A stretch of 64,000 bases of DNA from NCBI GenBank assembly GCA_043825735.1, contig JBDRRP010000136.1, positions 1 through 64,000 on the forward strand, written 5' to 3'. The position numbers and the translations under genes were made by a program. The notes below the pieces were generated by a model. It was not told the DNA's origin, ran no database searches, and saw nothing but the letters and a program-made list of their open reading frames with translations. The number at the start of each line of letters is the position of its first letter. Position 1 is the stretch's first letter. Of this stretch, positions 49,998 to 59,507 are shown piece by piece. The stretch is from Pseudomonadota bacterium (lineage in GTDB: Bacteria > Desulfobacterota > Desulfobacteria > Desulfobacterales > JBDRRP01).

Positions 49998-50546
49998 ATG
50001 TCGGAGAATGTCAAACCTTACGAGATGATCGCGGATTATATCACCGGTGAGCAGGTGCCCCTGGTGGGGGCGGAAGAAAACCGTCAGATGGTTGAAAAAC
50101 TGCTGGTGGATGAAAAGGGGTTTTCCAGGCAAGACATCGCCGTGGATGTCCCCATTGATTTCGAAGTCGCCGGGGAGACGTATCGCTCCAGCGTGGATCT
50201 CGTGGTCAGCATTGCCGGGCGCCCGCTGATGGTGGTCAAGTGTGCGGCCGGCTCACTGGGCTCCCGCGAGCGCGAGGCCGTGTCCGCCGCACGGCTGGTG
50301 TGGGGCACCCCCCTGCCCCTGGCCGTGGTCTCCGACGGCCGCACCGCCATCGTGCTGGAAACCGCAACCGGCCGACCCGTGGCCGAAGGTTTGAAGGCCA
50401 TTCCCGATCGGTTCGCCCTTAAAGCCGGCTATGCCGACACCACCTTCGAACCGCTTGCCGGCCTCCGTCTGGAAAAGGAGCGCCTGGTTTTCCGCTCCTA
50501 CGACAGCATGAACGTCAACACCGCCCGCCGATTACCGACGTGCTGA
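49998..50546 (+). CDS. Stand-alone HsdR N-terminal-like (PD-(D/E)XK fold) protein
   Basis: EENRQ.VE..LV.EKGF...DI.V, VDLVV, VVKC, AVVSDG. Confidence 0.7.
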   Translation: MSENVKPYEMIADYITGEQVPLVGAEENRQMVEKLLVDEKGFSRQDIAVDVPIDFEVAGETYRSSVDLVVSIAGRPLMVVKCAAGSLGSREREAVSAARLVWGTPLPLAVVSDGRTAIVLETATGRPVAEGLKAIPDRFALKAGYADTTFEPLAGLRLEKERLVFRSYDSMNVNTARRLPTC

Positions 50547-50601
50547 CGAAATCTCCAGTGCCGTCGTTTACCTGAGACGACGGCGCTCAAATCAGTGCAA
50601 T

Positions 50602-50712
50602 ATGTCCGATTTTCTAATCCAGCACCAATGCCCCCAGTGCGGCGCCCCCATCACTCTGGCCGAATCTGTCTTATGCCCGTACTGCGGGGGGAAAGAGATC
50701 CGGATCGTTTGA
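50602..50712 (+). CDS. 36-aa zinc-ribbon peptide or gene remnant
   Basis: Not in ORF track; MSDFLIQHQCPQCGAPITLAESVLCPYCGGKEIRIV. Confidence 0.5.
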   Translation: MSDFLIQHQCPQCGAPITLAESVLCPYCGGKEIRIV

Positions 50713-50813
50713 AGTAATGAATTTTCGTGGAGGCGCAGGGCCGGGGGCGGTGGCGGGTTTCCCGGGACGCCCACGGTCAGGGGCGGCGTCCCGGTGTTTT
50801 TGATGCGGCGGGT

Positions 50814-51491
50814 TCAGCAGCCCGCGACCTCTTTGTTGCAGTGTTTGCAGATCTTGGCCCGCTGCTTGATAATCTCGGCGCAAAACGGACATTCCCGGGT
50901 ATAGAAGCGCTCGTGGATCGTAGCCACCGATTTGACCAGTTGCGCGTCGACCAGATCGTTGCCGGTCCGCAGGTTGCGCAGCGGCTCGATGGCATCCAGC
51001 TCTCCGATGTCGCCGATCATTTCGGCCGCCTTGAGACGTACGCGGGCGGGCTCTGTGGGGTCCAGCACCAACCGCAGCACGGTGGGGCCGTCTTTTTCCA
51101 CGTAGCAGGTGGCCAGAATGGAAAACCCCTTCTTGATGGCTTCCTTCAGCGCTTCCTCCTGGGCCATCACCTGATCGTCCATGATCTGCCCCGTGGCCCC
51201 CTGTGCGCTGAAAACCGGCATGACCTCGAATCGGCCGTTGCTCGGATAGCAAAAGCACCGGTAGGATGCCTTGTGGGCCATGGTCTCCGCCATATGATCC
51301 CAGCCCTGGGTATACAGGCTGCACTCGTCGTTGAAGCACATGAAAAGGAAGGGCTCTCCCCAGCCGAGGCCGTCGCTGAAGTTCATCGGCGGCACTTCCC
51401 ACAGTTTCATGATCTGATTGCAGTGAGGGCATGCAGGCTTATCCATTTTGAGAACCTGCTCCAGCACTTGTTCCCGTGTTTCAAAACTCAT
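50814..51491 (-). CDS. Zinc-ribbon/HEAT-repeat protein
   Basis: N-terminal CPHC...CFNDEC, HEAT-like VRLKAAEMIGDIG, C-terminal CPFCAE....AKICKHC; RBS GGAGG. Confidence 0.8.
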   Translation of the reverse strand: MSFETREQVLEQVLKMDKPACPHCNQIMKLWEVPPMNFSDGLGWGEPFLFMCFNDECSLYTQGWDHMAETMAHKASYRCFCYPSNGRFEVMPVFSAQGATGQIMDDQVMAQEEALKEAIKKGFSILATCYVEKDGPTVLRLVLDPTEPARVRLKAAEMIGDIGELDAIEPLRNLRTGNDLVDAQLVKSVATIHERFYTRECPFCAEIIKQRAKICKHCNKEVAGC

Positions 51492-51612
51492 TTTTCCTCC
51501 ATCGCGGCGGCGAAATTTCGCCATTTTATAAATTGTTATAGACAGTTGAGGCGCAACGTAAGGCCCAATTGCATTTTGTCAAACCATGGCCGGCCGGCCC
51601 GGTGAGGGATGC

Positions 51613-51957
51613 CTATTTGCAGATGTTCTGGTATTCGTTGCCGACGGGGGTGATCTTCATGCGGTCGGGATGGCCGGCGGGGAAATCCACTGTAAATTCC
51701 TGAAAGATACCGCCCATGTGCGCATCCACCTGTCGGGTGCGCGGGATGAAGATGCCGTATTTTTCAAAAACGATATCGCCTTCGGAATCCTTCTGGATCA
51801 CGATGCAGAAAAACTCCCGCTGCCCCTTTCGCAGCGAAAAGCGATCCCCCTCGCGAAACGTCGTTCCCGCGAGCTGACTGGTGGGAATGAGGATGCCGCG
51901 TCGCTCGGGGTCATGGATGGCGCCTTTTCGTTTGGCCAATTGTGATGTGACGGTCAT
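51613..51957 (-). CDS. Hypothetical protein (possible tandem AbrB-like hairpins)
   Basis: RBS AAGGA; internal repeat GILIP / GIFIP. Confidence 0.6.
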   Translation of the reverse strand: MTVTSQLAKRKGAIHDPERRGILIPTSQLAGTTFREGDRFSLRKGQREFFCIVIQKDSEGDIVFEKYGIFIPRTRQVDAHMGGIFQEFTVDFPAGHPDRMKITPVGNEYQNICK

Positions 51958-52060
51958 GGCTTGTTCCTTTTTTTGGATGGACGCCAGACAACACCGTCTG
52001 ATAACCACAAATGGATCGGTTATCAAGTGCCATTGCCAACAGACTGAAAGGAGACCGATC

Positions 52061-52687
52061 ATGGTTGATGTATCCCCCGTATTTCAACAGACACGCGAAG
52101 CGTATATCGGTCTGATCAACGATGTGCCCATGGAGCAGGTGGCCGGCCGCCTCGGTTTCCGCCGGACCCCCGATGGCTATGCGGTTGAGATGCTGGGGCG
52201 CACCTTTATTGTGGGCGCCGATGACATCGTCAATACGGATGGCCGCCCAGCCGCCTTCGATGTCTGCGTCCTTCTCAGCCGCTACCTCATCATGTGCCCC
52301 GCAGCGCCGGAGGATCGAGCGGAGTGGGCCGCATTTCGCGATTTCAAAGACGCCGGGCCGCTGCTCAAGTATTTCGCCGACAATGTCGAGGGTGCCATCG
52401 CCGGCGCTTTCAACGGACAGGGGAACGCGCTGGCGACCGCGGCCGAGGCCATGGGCGGTCAGTCCGGTGCCGGAGATTTGAGCTACGATCTCAAGTATCG
52501 ATTTCAGGCCCTGCCGCGCATTGAGATGCTGCTGCTGTTCAACGATGGCGATGAAGAGTTCGGCCCCGACTGCCGGGTTCTTTTCCAGCGGCAGACCGAG
52601 CGCTATCTGGACATGGAGTGCGTGGCCATTTTGGGGGCGCGCCTGGCAGCCGGTCTGTGCCGATTTCTTTCCGGTGCCTCGGGTTGA
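52061..52687 (+). CDS. DUF3786 family protein
   Basis: RBS AAGGAG; W..FRDFKDAG, F.ALPRI..LL.F.DGDEEF...C.VLF, YLDMEC. Confidence 0.8.
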   Translation: MVDVSPVFQQTREAYIGLINDVPMEQVAGRLGFRRTPDGYAVEMLGRTFIVGADDIVNTDGRPAAFDVCVLLSRYLIMCPAAPEDRAEWAAFRDFKDAGPLLKYFADNVEGAIAGAFNGQGNALATAAEAMGGQSGAGDLSYDLKYRFQALPRIEMLLLFNDGDEEFGPDCRVLFQRQTERYLDMECVAILGARLAAGLCRFLSGASG

Positions 52688-52858
52688 CCCGACGTCTTGA
52701 CACGGGGCACCCGGTCCGTTAATGGCAGGGACCGGCAGCCAGCATGGCCCTTCGTATTCCCAGACACCTCCTGAAGGGCGGCCATCGTCTTTCGACTTGT
52801 TTTTCCGGAGGCATCAATACCCGGCTCCGACCACCTGTGAAGCGGAGGCAGATCACGC

Positions 52859-54028
52859 ATGGCCATCTCAGCCCAGTTCCCCATCAAACGGAAGATTTTC
52901 ATCAGCCATTTCGTGGCGGTTATCCTCGTATCCGGCAGTATCGGCACCTATTTCTACCTGAGCGCCACCGGCGATTTGATGAACGCCATCAGATCCAGGC
53001 TGATCAACAGCGCGGCCATCATCAGCCGCACCCTCGACGCCCGAAGCCTCGAAGGCATCCGGGGCCCCTTTGATATGGATTCCGCCGCGTACCTCAAGAC
53101 TCTGGAGCACCTGCGCATCCTGAAGCGCACCAACAAAGACATTGCGTTTTTGTACATCATGAGGCGGCAGGCAGACGATGTCGTCTTCGTGGTGGATTCC
53201 GACGAAACCGACGCCCAGGCAAAGCCTGGGGATGTTTACACGCCGGTGCCCGAAGAGTTGCTGAAAGGATTCGAGGCCGCCTCGGTGGACAGGGAGATCA
53301 TCCCCGACCAGTGGGGGCATTTTCTGTCAGGATATTCCCCCCTGCCGGGCGGTGACGGGCGTTACCTGGTGGGAATGGACATGCGCGCCGACGAGCTCGG
53401 CCGAAAACTCAAATCCCTGCGGGTGTCCGGCTGGATTTCCCTGGGGTGCTCCCTGCTGCTGGCGCTTGTTTTTTCCCGGTATCTGGGCAGCAACCTCGTG
53501 CGCCGGATCGAACTGTTGACCCTGCAGTGCCGCGCCGTCGCCCATGGTGAAGTGGGCGATTGCCTGGATTACCGCAAAGGCGACGAACTGGACACCTTGA
53601 TCCATGCATTCAACGCCATGTCGGAACAATTGGCGGGAAGCCGCGACGAAAGCCGGCAGTCCCAGGAGGCGCTGGCGCGTTCCCGGGACGATCTGGAGAT
53701 CAAGGTCTCCGAACGGACCCGGGATCTGAGGGCGCTCAACGACAAACTGTCCCAGGAGATTTCGGACCGCAAGCGAACGGAAACGGAAAAAGAGGCCCTC
53801 ATCGCCGAGCTTCAGGTTGCCCTGGCCCAGGTGAAAACCCTCCGGGGGCTTTTGCCCATCTGCGCTTCCTGCAAAAAAGTCCGCGACGACAAGGGGTACT
53901 GGAGCCAGATCGAAATTTATGTCGCCGACCACTCGGAAGCCGAGTTCAGCCATGGGATCTGCCCGGACTGCGTCCGGCGTCTGTATCCCGATGCCGTCGA
54001 TGTGATCGATGGCCCGTCCGTCCGGTAG
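52859..54028 (+). CDS. Membrane sensor-HAMP protein with C-terminal Cys/His domain
   Basis: Two TM segments, Cache-like DQWGHFLSGYSP, HAMP, coiled coil, LPICASCKKVRDDKGYW...FSHGICPDC. Confidence 0.88.
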   Translation: MAISAQFPIKRKIFISHFVAVILVSGSIGTYFYLSATGDLMNAIRSRLINSAAIISRTLDARSLEGIRGPFDMDSAAYLKTLEHLRILKRTNKDIAFLYIMRRQADDVVFVVDSDETDAQAKPGDVYTPVPEELLKGFEAASVDREIIPDQWGHFLSGYSPLPGGDGRYLVGMDMRADELGRKLKSLRVSGWISLGCSLLLALVFSRYLGSNLVRRIELLTLQCRAVAHGEVGDCLDYRKGDELDTLIHAFNAMSEQLAGSRDESRQSQEALARSRDDLEIKVSERTRDLRALNDKLSQEISDRKRTETEKEALIAELQVALAQVKTLRGLLPICASCKKVRDDKGYWSQIEIYVADHSEAEFSHGICPDCVRRLYPDAVDVIDGPSVR

Positions 54029-54181
54029 GCGTCACCGTAATATGGATTGCCCTTGTCCATAAAGCTCACCTTGGTATGACACGGGCCATCAACATTGGGA
54101 TTCACTGCGGCGTTTGGTCATAGCAGACAACCGGCACGACTCATTTTCTACCGGTTCTATAAGATTTGCAGGAATGCTGTC

Positions 54182-56455
54182 TTATTGGCAGGTCTTGGGG
54201 CTGTCGACCGGTGTCGCGCGGATGAACTCGTGGTCCTTGCGGCAGCGCTCGGCCATCCGCTGCTCAACGGCCGCCCGTCCGCAGCCCATGAGAATGGTGT
54301 AGACGCTGTACTTGGTTTTGCAAAAGTAAATGTCAAAGGGGATGGTGCGCTCCGGACCCCGGAAAATGCGGATGCCCGGGATGCCTTCCAAAAGAACGAA
54401 CTCCGTTTCAGCGTTGATGAGCAGGGGCTGGACATCGTGTTTGTTCTGCCACGGGATGCAGGCCCCTTCCATGCCGAGATCCGGGTCCATGATGGAGCGG
54501 ATTTTCGCCGTTACCCCGCCCACGGCGAGGATGATATCGCCGGTGAGCGATCCGGTGACACCGAATTTTTGATTGACCGGCTGCTTGATGTAGTCGCTGA
54601 TCAGCCCGATATCCATGGCCACGGACGCGCTGTCGCCTTCCACGCCGCCGTGGGCCTGGATGTATTCCACGTGCATTTCGTAACCCACGTAGGGGGCGCC
54701 GATTTTTTTAAAGACTTTTTTGATGGAGGCCCGCACGTTTTGAGCCGCGGCCTTGGCGATGTCCCCGAGTTTTCCCGGAGCGATGACCACGTCGGTGCCG
54801 CCGGCATTGATCTGGCAGTGAATCGGCAGCGGCTGGCCGAACATCTGGCCACTGGAGCGGCTGGTGGTCACCGCCAGTCCGACCACGTATCCGATGCTGT
54901 CGCTCATGGTGGAAATGTATTTTTTCAGGTCTTTCTTATGGGTCAGCAGCTCCCGGGACATCTCCCCTTCGATGCTCAGATGATCGATCAGGGCCCGGCG
55001 CACATGCTCGGCCTCCACCCGGGCCGTGTTTGCCAGGATGGCCTCATATTCGGCTGACCGGATGATGCCGTTGACCGGGCGCAGCAGGCAGCTCAGTTTG
55101 CCGTCCGCCGTGCGGCAGCGAAGCTCTTTGACGATTTCCATCACTGCGGCGCGGGAAAATTCGCGCTGCTCCAGGGTGTAGTCCTCGGGCAGCGGGCGCC
55201 CGAATATGTGCTCACTGCGCTGGCGCACGCCGTCGTGGCCTTCCAGGTCGATCACCTTGCCCCAGACTCTCAAAAACTCCTCTCCCAGGCGATCCACTTC
55301 CTGCTTGATGTACTGGGCGACCTGGCGGATGGCCTCCGGTGTCTCCGGCACGGCGCTGTCCATGAGAATGATTTCCCCCTGGTCTTCCACCCGGCTCAAA
55401 AACGCACCGTCGCCTTCTTCCTGCAGGTGGTGCAGGGTGTCGTGGTTGCAGCAGGCGATGAGGATGTTGTCGGCCCGAAGCGGGGTTTCGGCGCGGTCTG
55501 CGGACCCGCTGCCGGTGTTTTTGCCCCCTTCCAGGGTGTAGTGTTTGTTTTGCATAATCTCGAGCAGGTCCGGCATATAACCGGCCTTGACCAGCGTTTT
55601 AAGCTCATCGATGTAGATGATGGGGGCGGTGGCATGGGCCCCCAGGAAGGCCCGCTTGTGCGATGGGGTGTGCAGGGTGCCGGACTGGTAGGGGTCGTGC
55701 CGGAAGCCGCCTTTCATGTTGCGCGCGTCGGGCTCGGCGATGCGTACCATGAGTTCCGTATCCTTGCGCGGATCATAAAGGACTTCGGGAACCATGTCCT
55801 GGAGATGTTTGACGGCGTTCTGCCGGCCGCCCTGGTTTTCGCGCTGAATGCGTTCCTGGGCCCGGTGGTTGTTTTGCTGGATAAACATGAATATGGCGCC
55901 GATGCCGGTGAGACCGGTGACGAGAAACGCCTGGGGAAGCCAGAATCCCGCGACGGCGCTGGCCAGGGCGGCAGCAATGAGCCAGTTTTTGACCCGTACC
56001 ACAGACCTGATCTGCTCTTCCAGGCTGAATTCGGTCACGTTGCCCGCCGCGGTCTCGATGTCTTGTTTGAGCCCTTCAATGCGGCGGTCGATCTTTTCGG
56101 GCTGCTCGTAAGCCACGCGGATGTGGTGCCGGTCTTTGCCCGGGTAGGCGATGATGGCCTCTTTGGGGCGGATGTAATCGCCGAGGGATTTTTCCAGCAC
56201 GTCCTTGAACATGTCGGCCAGCAGTGATTTCCCGGTTCCGGGCCGGCCCACCATGAGGATGTGTCCCTTGTTCTGCGCGACTTTGCGGATGGCCGTTTTG
56301 GCTCTGCCTTGGAAAACGACCCGCTCGATGGGGTCCTCGGGGATCTGGATCTGTCCGGTGTGCTCGAAATAGTCGAGCTGGGCCGCCAGGGTCTCGGGGT
56401 AGTGCCGCAGCTCCCGGATCCATTGGTGGTCGCGTTCCTGGAATTCACTGGGCAT
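54182..56455 (-). CDS. LonB-type (membrane-inserted AAA+/S16) protease
   Basis: Walker A GRPGTGKS, TM hairpin inside the AAA region, Walker B IIYIDE, VEGDSAS and VGGVTAK Ser-Lys dyad. Confidence 0.88.
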   Translation of the reverse strand: MPSEFQERDHQWIRELRHYPETLAAQLDYFEHTGQIQIPEDPIERVVFQGRAKTAIRKVAQNKGHILMVGRPGTGKSLLADMFKDVLEKSLGDYIRPKEAIIAYPGKDRHHIRVAYEQPEKIDRRIEGLKQDIETAAGNVTEFSLEEQIRSVVRVKNWLIAAALASAVAGFWLPQAFLVTGLTGIGAIFMFIQQNNHRAQERIQRENQGGRQNAVKHLQDMVPEVLYDPRKDTELMVRIAEPDARNMKGGFRHDPYQSGTLHTPSHKRAFLGAHATAPIIYIDELKTLVKAGYMPDLLEIMQNKHYTLEGGKNTGSGSADRAETPLRADNILIACCNHDTLHHLQEEGDGAFLSRVEDQGEIILMDSAVPETPEAIRQVAQYIKQEVDRLGEEFLRVWGKVIDLEGHDGVRQRSEHIFGRPLPEDYTLEQREFSRAAVMEIVKELRCRTADGKLSCLLRPVNGIIRSAEYEAILANTARVEAEHVRRALIDHLSIEGEMSRELLTHKKDLKKYISTMSDSIGYVVGLAVTTSRSSGQMFGQPLPIHCQINAGGTDVVIAPGKLGDIAKAAAQNVRASIKKVFKKIGAPYVGYEMHVEYIQAHGGVEGDSASVAMDIGLISDYIKQPVNQKFGVTGSLTGDIILAVGGVTAKIRSIMDPDLGMEGACIPWQNKHDVQPLLINAETEFVLLEGIPGIRIFRGPERTIPFDIYFCKTKYSVYTILMGCGRAAVEQRMAERCRKDHEFIRATPVDSPKTCQ

Positions 56456-57626
56456 GACGGATCCCCCTGATGGCCTCCAGCAGATAGTACTTTCCGGCTT
56501 CGGTGACCGTGGAGCCTTGGGTGATTTCCGAGTAGACGTGGGGCAATCGGTCCTTGATGGCCTCCAGGGCCCGGATATCCTGCATCACGGAGATGTCCGT
56601 GCATAGTTTTTCTTCACCGCTGCTGTGATATGGGACATAGTTGAACGAAATACCGATCTGCAGCCGGTTGAGCACCTGTTTTACGGCGTCGCGCTGGGTG
56701 GGCGCGACCTTGTGGGCATCGCAGGCCCGCTGGAAGACCGGTGGCAGTTCGGCCTGGGAATAGTCGATTTCCAGATCGGAATTAAACATGAGCTTCATGG
56801 GCCGGGCATGGCCGGTCATGCACCGCAGCATGGCCTCCTTGAACTTGTGATTGATACGGATGGACTGCTCGGCCAGTTGCAGGTAGCGAATCACCGACAG
56901 GTCCTGGACCCAGAACGCCAGTGTGCCGTCGGCAGACACGACGCAGGCCTTTGCCACGCCGCCGTCATAGAATTTGATCATCCGGTGCCGCACATCCGCA
57001 CGGAACAGGGTAAAGTCGTAGCCGCCCATCTCGAAGAGTCCGTCGGCCACCTGAACGTTTTCCATGCGGACCCTGACGGTGGTGCCGACATGCCGGTTGA
57101 GATAATCCACTTTTTCATCCAGCGTCCCTTGAAGCGCCAGGGGCGTGGGGTTGCCGGCGGCATCCTCGCAGACACCGAAGATGTCCTCCACGGCCTGGAA
57201 GTCCAGGTTCAGCAGGTGCTGGTTGAAGGTGTCGTAGGGTTTGAGCGCCGTGGTGATGTCTTCGAAATGCCGTTCCAGATCGGTGGTCCGCAAGGGCGGC
57301 TTGCGCCCTTTGAAGTCGGTAAGCAAGGTGGTGGGCGGTATGTGTCGGTTTTTGAGGGCTCGGCTGCAAAAGGGCGGCAGCCATCGTCGCAGGCGCCCTC
57401 GCCATGCATTGCCGGCAGGCTGCCGGAAATGAATTTCCACGCCCACCAGCGGTTTGTGAATGTCGATGGGCGCCGGGTCCAACAAGTAACGGGCCATGTC
57501 GGAGATATCATACGCCTTGACCGGCCCGGCGGGGTTGCCGGCGATTGCCATCTCGGCGCCGTCGGTGATGAACCGGCCCTCGCTGATCAACCACACCGAT
57601 GGTGACGTTTCTAACCCGTTTTTCAT
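56445..57626 (-). CDS. Hypothetical protein overlapping the lonB start
   Basis: Long ORF with host-like codon use; 11-bp overlap with the downstream gene; no motif recognised. Confidence 0.8.
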   Translation of the reverse strand: MKNGLETSPSVWLISEGRFITDGAEMAIAGNPAGPVKAYDISDMARYLLDPAPIDIHKPLVGVEIHFRQPAGNAWRGRLRRWLPPFCSRALKNRHIPPTTLLTDFKGRKPPLRTTDLERHFEDITTALKPYDTFNQHLLNLDFQAVEDIFGVCEDAAGNPTPLALQGTLDEKVDYLNRHVGTTVRVRMENVQVADGLFEMGGYDFTLFRADVRHRMIKFYDGGVAKACVVSADGTLAFWVQDLSVIRYLQLAEQSIRINHKFKEAMLRCMTGHARPMKLMFNSDLEIDYSQAELPPVFQRACDAHKVAPTQRDAVKQVLNRLQIGISFNYVPYHSSGEEKLCTDISVMQDIRALEAIKDRLPHVYSEITQGSTVTEAGKYYLLEAIRGIRHAQ

Positions 57627-57770
57627 GTGCCGCACCTTTCGGCCACCAATATAACACCTAAATCCGAGTGGCAACACGTTCATTCAACAAATGCCTTATT
57701 TTGTATACCAATGGTTGGAATGAATCAATATGTTGTGGTGTATCCGAAAATCACAGCCCTGCATCACCGG

Positions 57771-58066
57771 TTAAACCGAAATGCGCTTTCGGTCCAGACT
57801 GCGGTACTGAATGGCCGCGGCGATGTGGTCGGCCCTGGTGACCTCACAGTCGGCAAGATCCGCGATAGTGCGGGCGATCAGGGCCTCACCCGGTGCCAGG
57901 TGCCCGGTGACGCTGTAAATTTTCGTTGTTTCCAGCGCCTCTTCAAAACTGAGCGGGGGCAGGATGCCCAACAGCCGCTTGGCGAGCATGGTTTTGCCGG
58001 ACCCAGGGGGGGCCGAGTATCAGCAGGTTATGACCGCCGGCAGCGGCGATCTCAAGGGCCCGCTGC
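57771..58066 (-). pseudogene. comM: Internally deleted, frameshifted comM copy
   Basis: [19 protein letters not shown] / [40 protein letters not shown] fused to TIADLAD...[13 protein letters not shown]; 57874-57970 identical to 60244-60340. Confidence 0.88.
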
Positions 58067-58067
58067 G

Positions 58068-59318
58068 CTATGGCCCCAAGGCGCCAACGGGGATTACAGC
58101 CACGCCATCTTTTCGCATATATCCGTAGCCGGTGCCGGCAATGACGCCGAGCTGGGCGGGCGATCCGCATTTGCGGGTATCGACGCGTTCGGCGAATTTC
58201 AACAGGTTGGCTGCGCTGGCGTCAACGTAACCCTGTCCCAGCTTGATTTCATAGGCCGCCCACCGTCCGTCTCCCGCTTCAACAATGACATCCACTTCGA
58301 GCCCCGTATTGTCCCTGTAGTGAAGAACGCGGGCATCGTTGGCCTGGGCATAGACCCGAAGGTCGCGGACAACCATTGATTCAAAGAGAAAGCCGAGCAG
58401 ATTCAGGTCCTTCAGCAGACGCTCGGGGCCGGTGCGCAGTGCCGCTACGGCGAGAGCCGGATCGACGAAATGTCTTTTCGATGCGCTCCGAAGGATCGAT
58501 CTCGACCTTAGATGCGGCGCCCATGCCGGTTGATCCTCGATGATCATCAGTTGCGCCAGGGCGTCGAGATAACTTCTTACGGTTTCGTCTTCCAGCGCGC
58601 CATCAGCCCCCCCGGCATCAACTGCGAGTGCTCTGAGTGCTACGGGTGTTGCCAGGTTTCTGGCAAGTGAGCGCATAACGCGCATGACTTTGGCCGCATC
58701 GCGTCGTCGTCGATCTACCCGATTGATGTCAACACGGGTGATTTCTTCCAGATAATCCCGAACGGCCAGAATCGATTGTTTTGGTGTCAGCCGGTGATGC
58801 GCCGGCCAGCCCCCCGTTGCCACACGTTCTGCAATATCGACGACTTTCATGCCGGGGTCCGTGCAATTTTGAAATACACCGGCCAGGCATTCCCTTATTG
58901 ACGCGGCACCGTTGGAATGCCCGGTTTCAAAGAGGGTCATCGGGCGCAGGCGCAGGCGCGTCAGCCTTCCCGCACCCGTGTGCCGTGTGATGTCATCCGC
59001 CGGCACGGCGGATCCGGTCAGGATAAACTGGCCGGGCAGGCCGCGGTCATCCACCATCCGCCTGATATGATTCCAAATCTCAGGCTCCAATTGCCACTCG
59101 TCGATCAGGCGTGGTACTTTTCCGTCAAGTACCAGTGCCGGGTCGACCGCTACTGCCTGTCTGGCATTCACGTCGATGTCGAGGAGCACTTCGCTGGTAG
59201 CCATGCGGCGAGCGGTTTCCGTTTTACCGCAGGCTTTGGGACCCTCGATGACAACGGCGCCCGTCGAGGCCAGTTTTGCGGCGAGTTCTTTGTCTGCAAT
59301 CCTGGGCAGGTAAGTCAT
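58068..59318 (-). CDS. AAA_14 ATPase with DUF4143 / PD-(D/E)XK-like C-terminus
   Basis: GPKACGKT, LIDEWQ, FILTGS, HTGAGR, KRHFVDP, LFES.V.RDL, EVD....YEIKLG. Confidence 0.9.
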   Translation of the reverse strand: MTYLPRIADKELAAKLASTGAVVIEGPKACGKTETARRMATSEVLLDIDVNARQAVAVDPALVLDGKVPRLIDEWQLEPEIWNHIRRMVDDRGLPGQFILTGSAVPADDITRHTGAGRLTRLRLRPMTLFETGHSNGAASIRECLAGVFQNCTDPGMKVVDIAERVATGGWPAHHRLTPKQSILAVRDYLEEITRVDINRVDRRRRDAAKVMRVMRSLARNLATPVALRALAVDAGGADGALEDETVRSYLDALAQLMIIEDQPAWAPHLRSRSILRSASKRHFVDPALAVAALRTGPERLLKDLNLLGFLFESMVVRDLRVYAQANDARVLHYRDNTGLEVDVIVEAGDGRWAAYEIKLGQGYVDASAANLLKFAERVDTRKCGSPAQLGVIAGTGYGYMRKDGVAVIPVGALGP

Positions 59319-59341
59319 CTATAGTTTCCAAGAGCTGAATT

Positions 59342-59400
59342 CGGTAAAATGTAATAGTGTCAACCGGTAATTTATAACAAAACTATTCGGTAAAATATAA
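59342..59400. promoter_or_regulatory. Three 13-bp direct repeats at 23-bp period upstream of the DUF4143 gene
   Basis: CGGTAAAATGTAA (59342), CGGTAATTTATAA (59365), CGGTAAAATATAA (59388). Confidence 0.75.
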
Positions 59401-59507
59401 GCGTTCAGCCCGCTATATTGAAACGGCAATCAGGTGTCAAGTACTGTTTCCCGCCTGACCATCCGGCAGGATGAGCGGGGCGTCAATTATATCGCCATTG
59501 AGAGGGT

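Noticed and set aside
54182..56455. CRISPR-associated Lon (CalpL-like)
   Set aside because: No SAVED/CARF domain recognised, has an AAA+ module, and lies over 50 kb from the arrays
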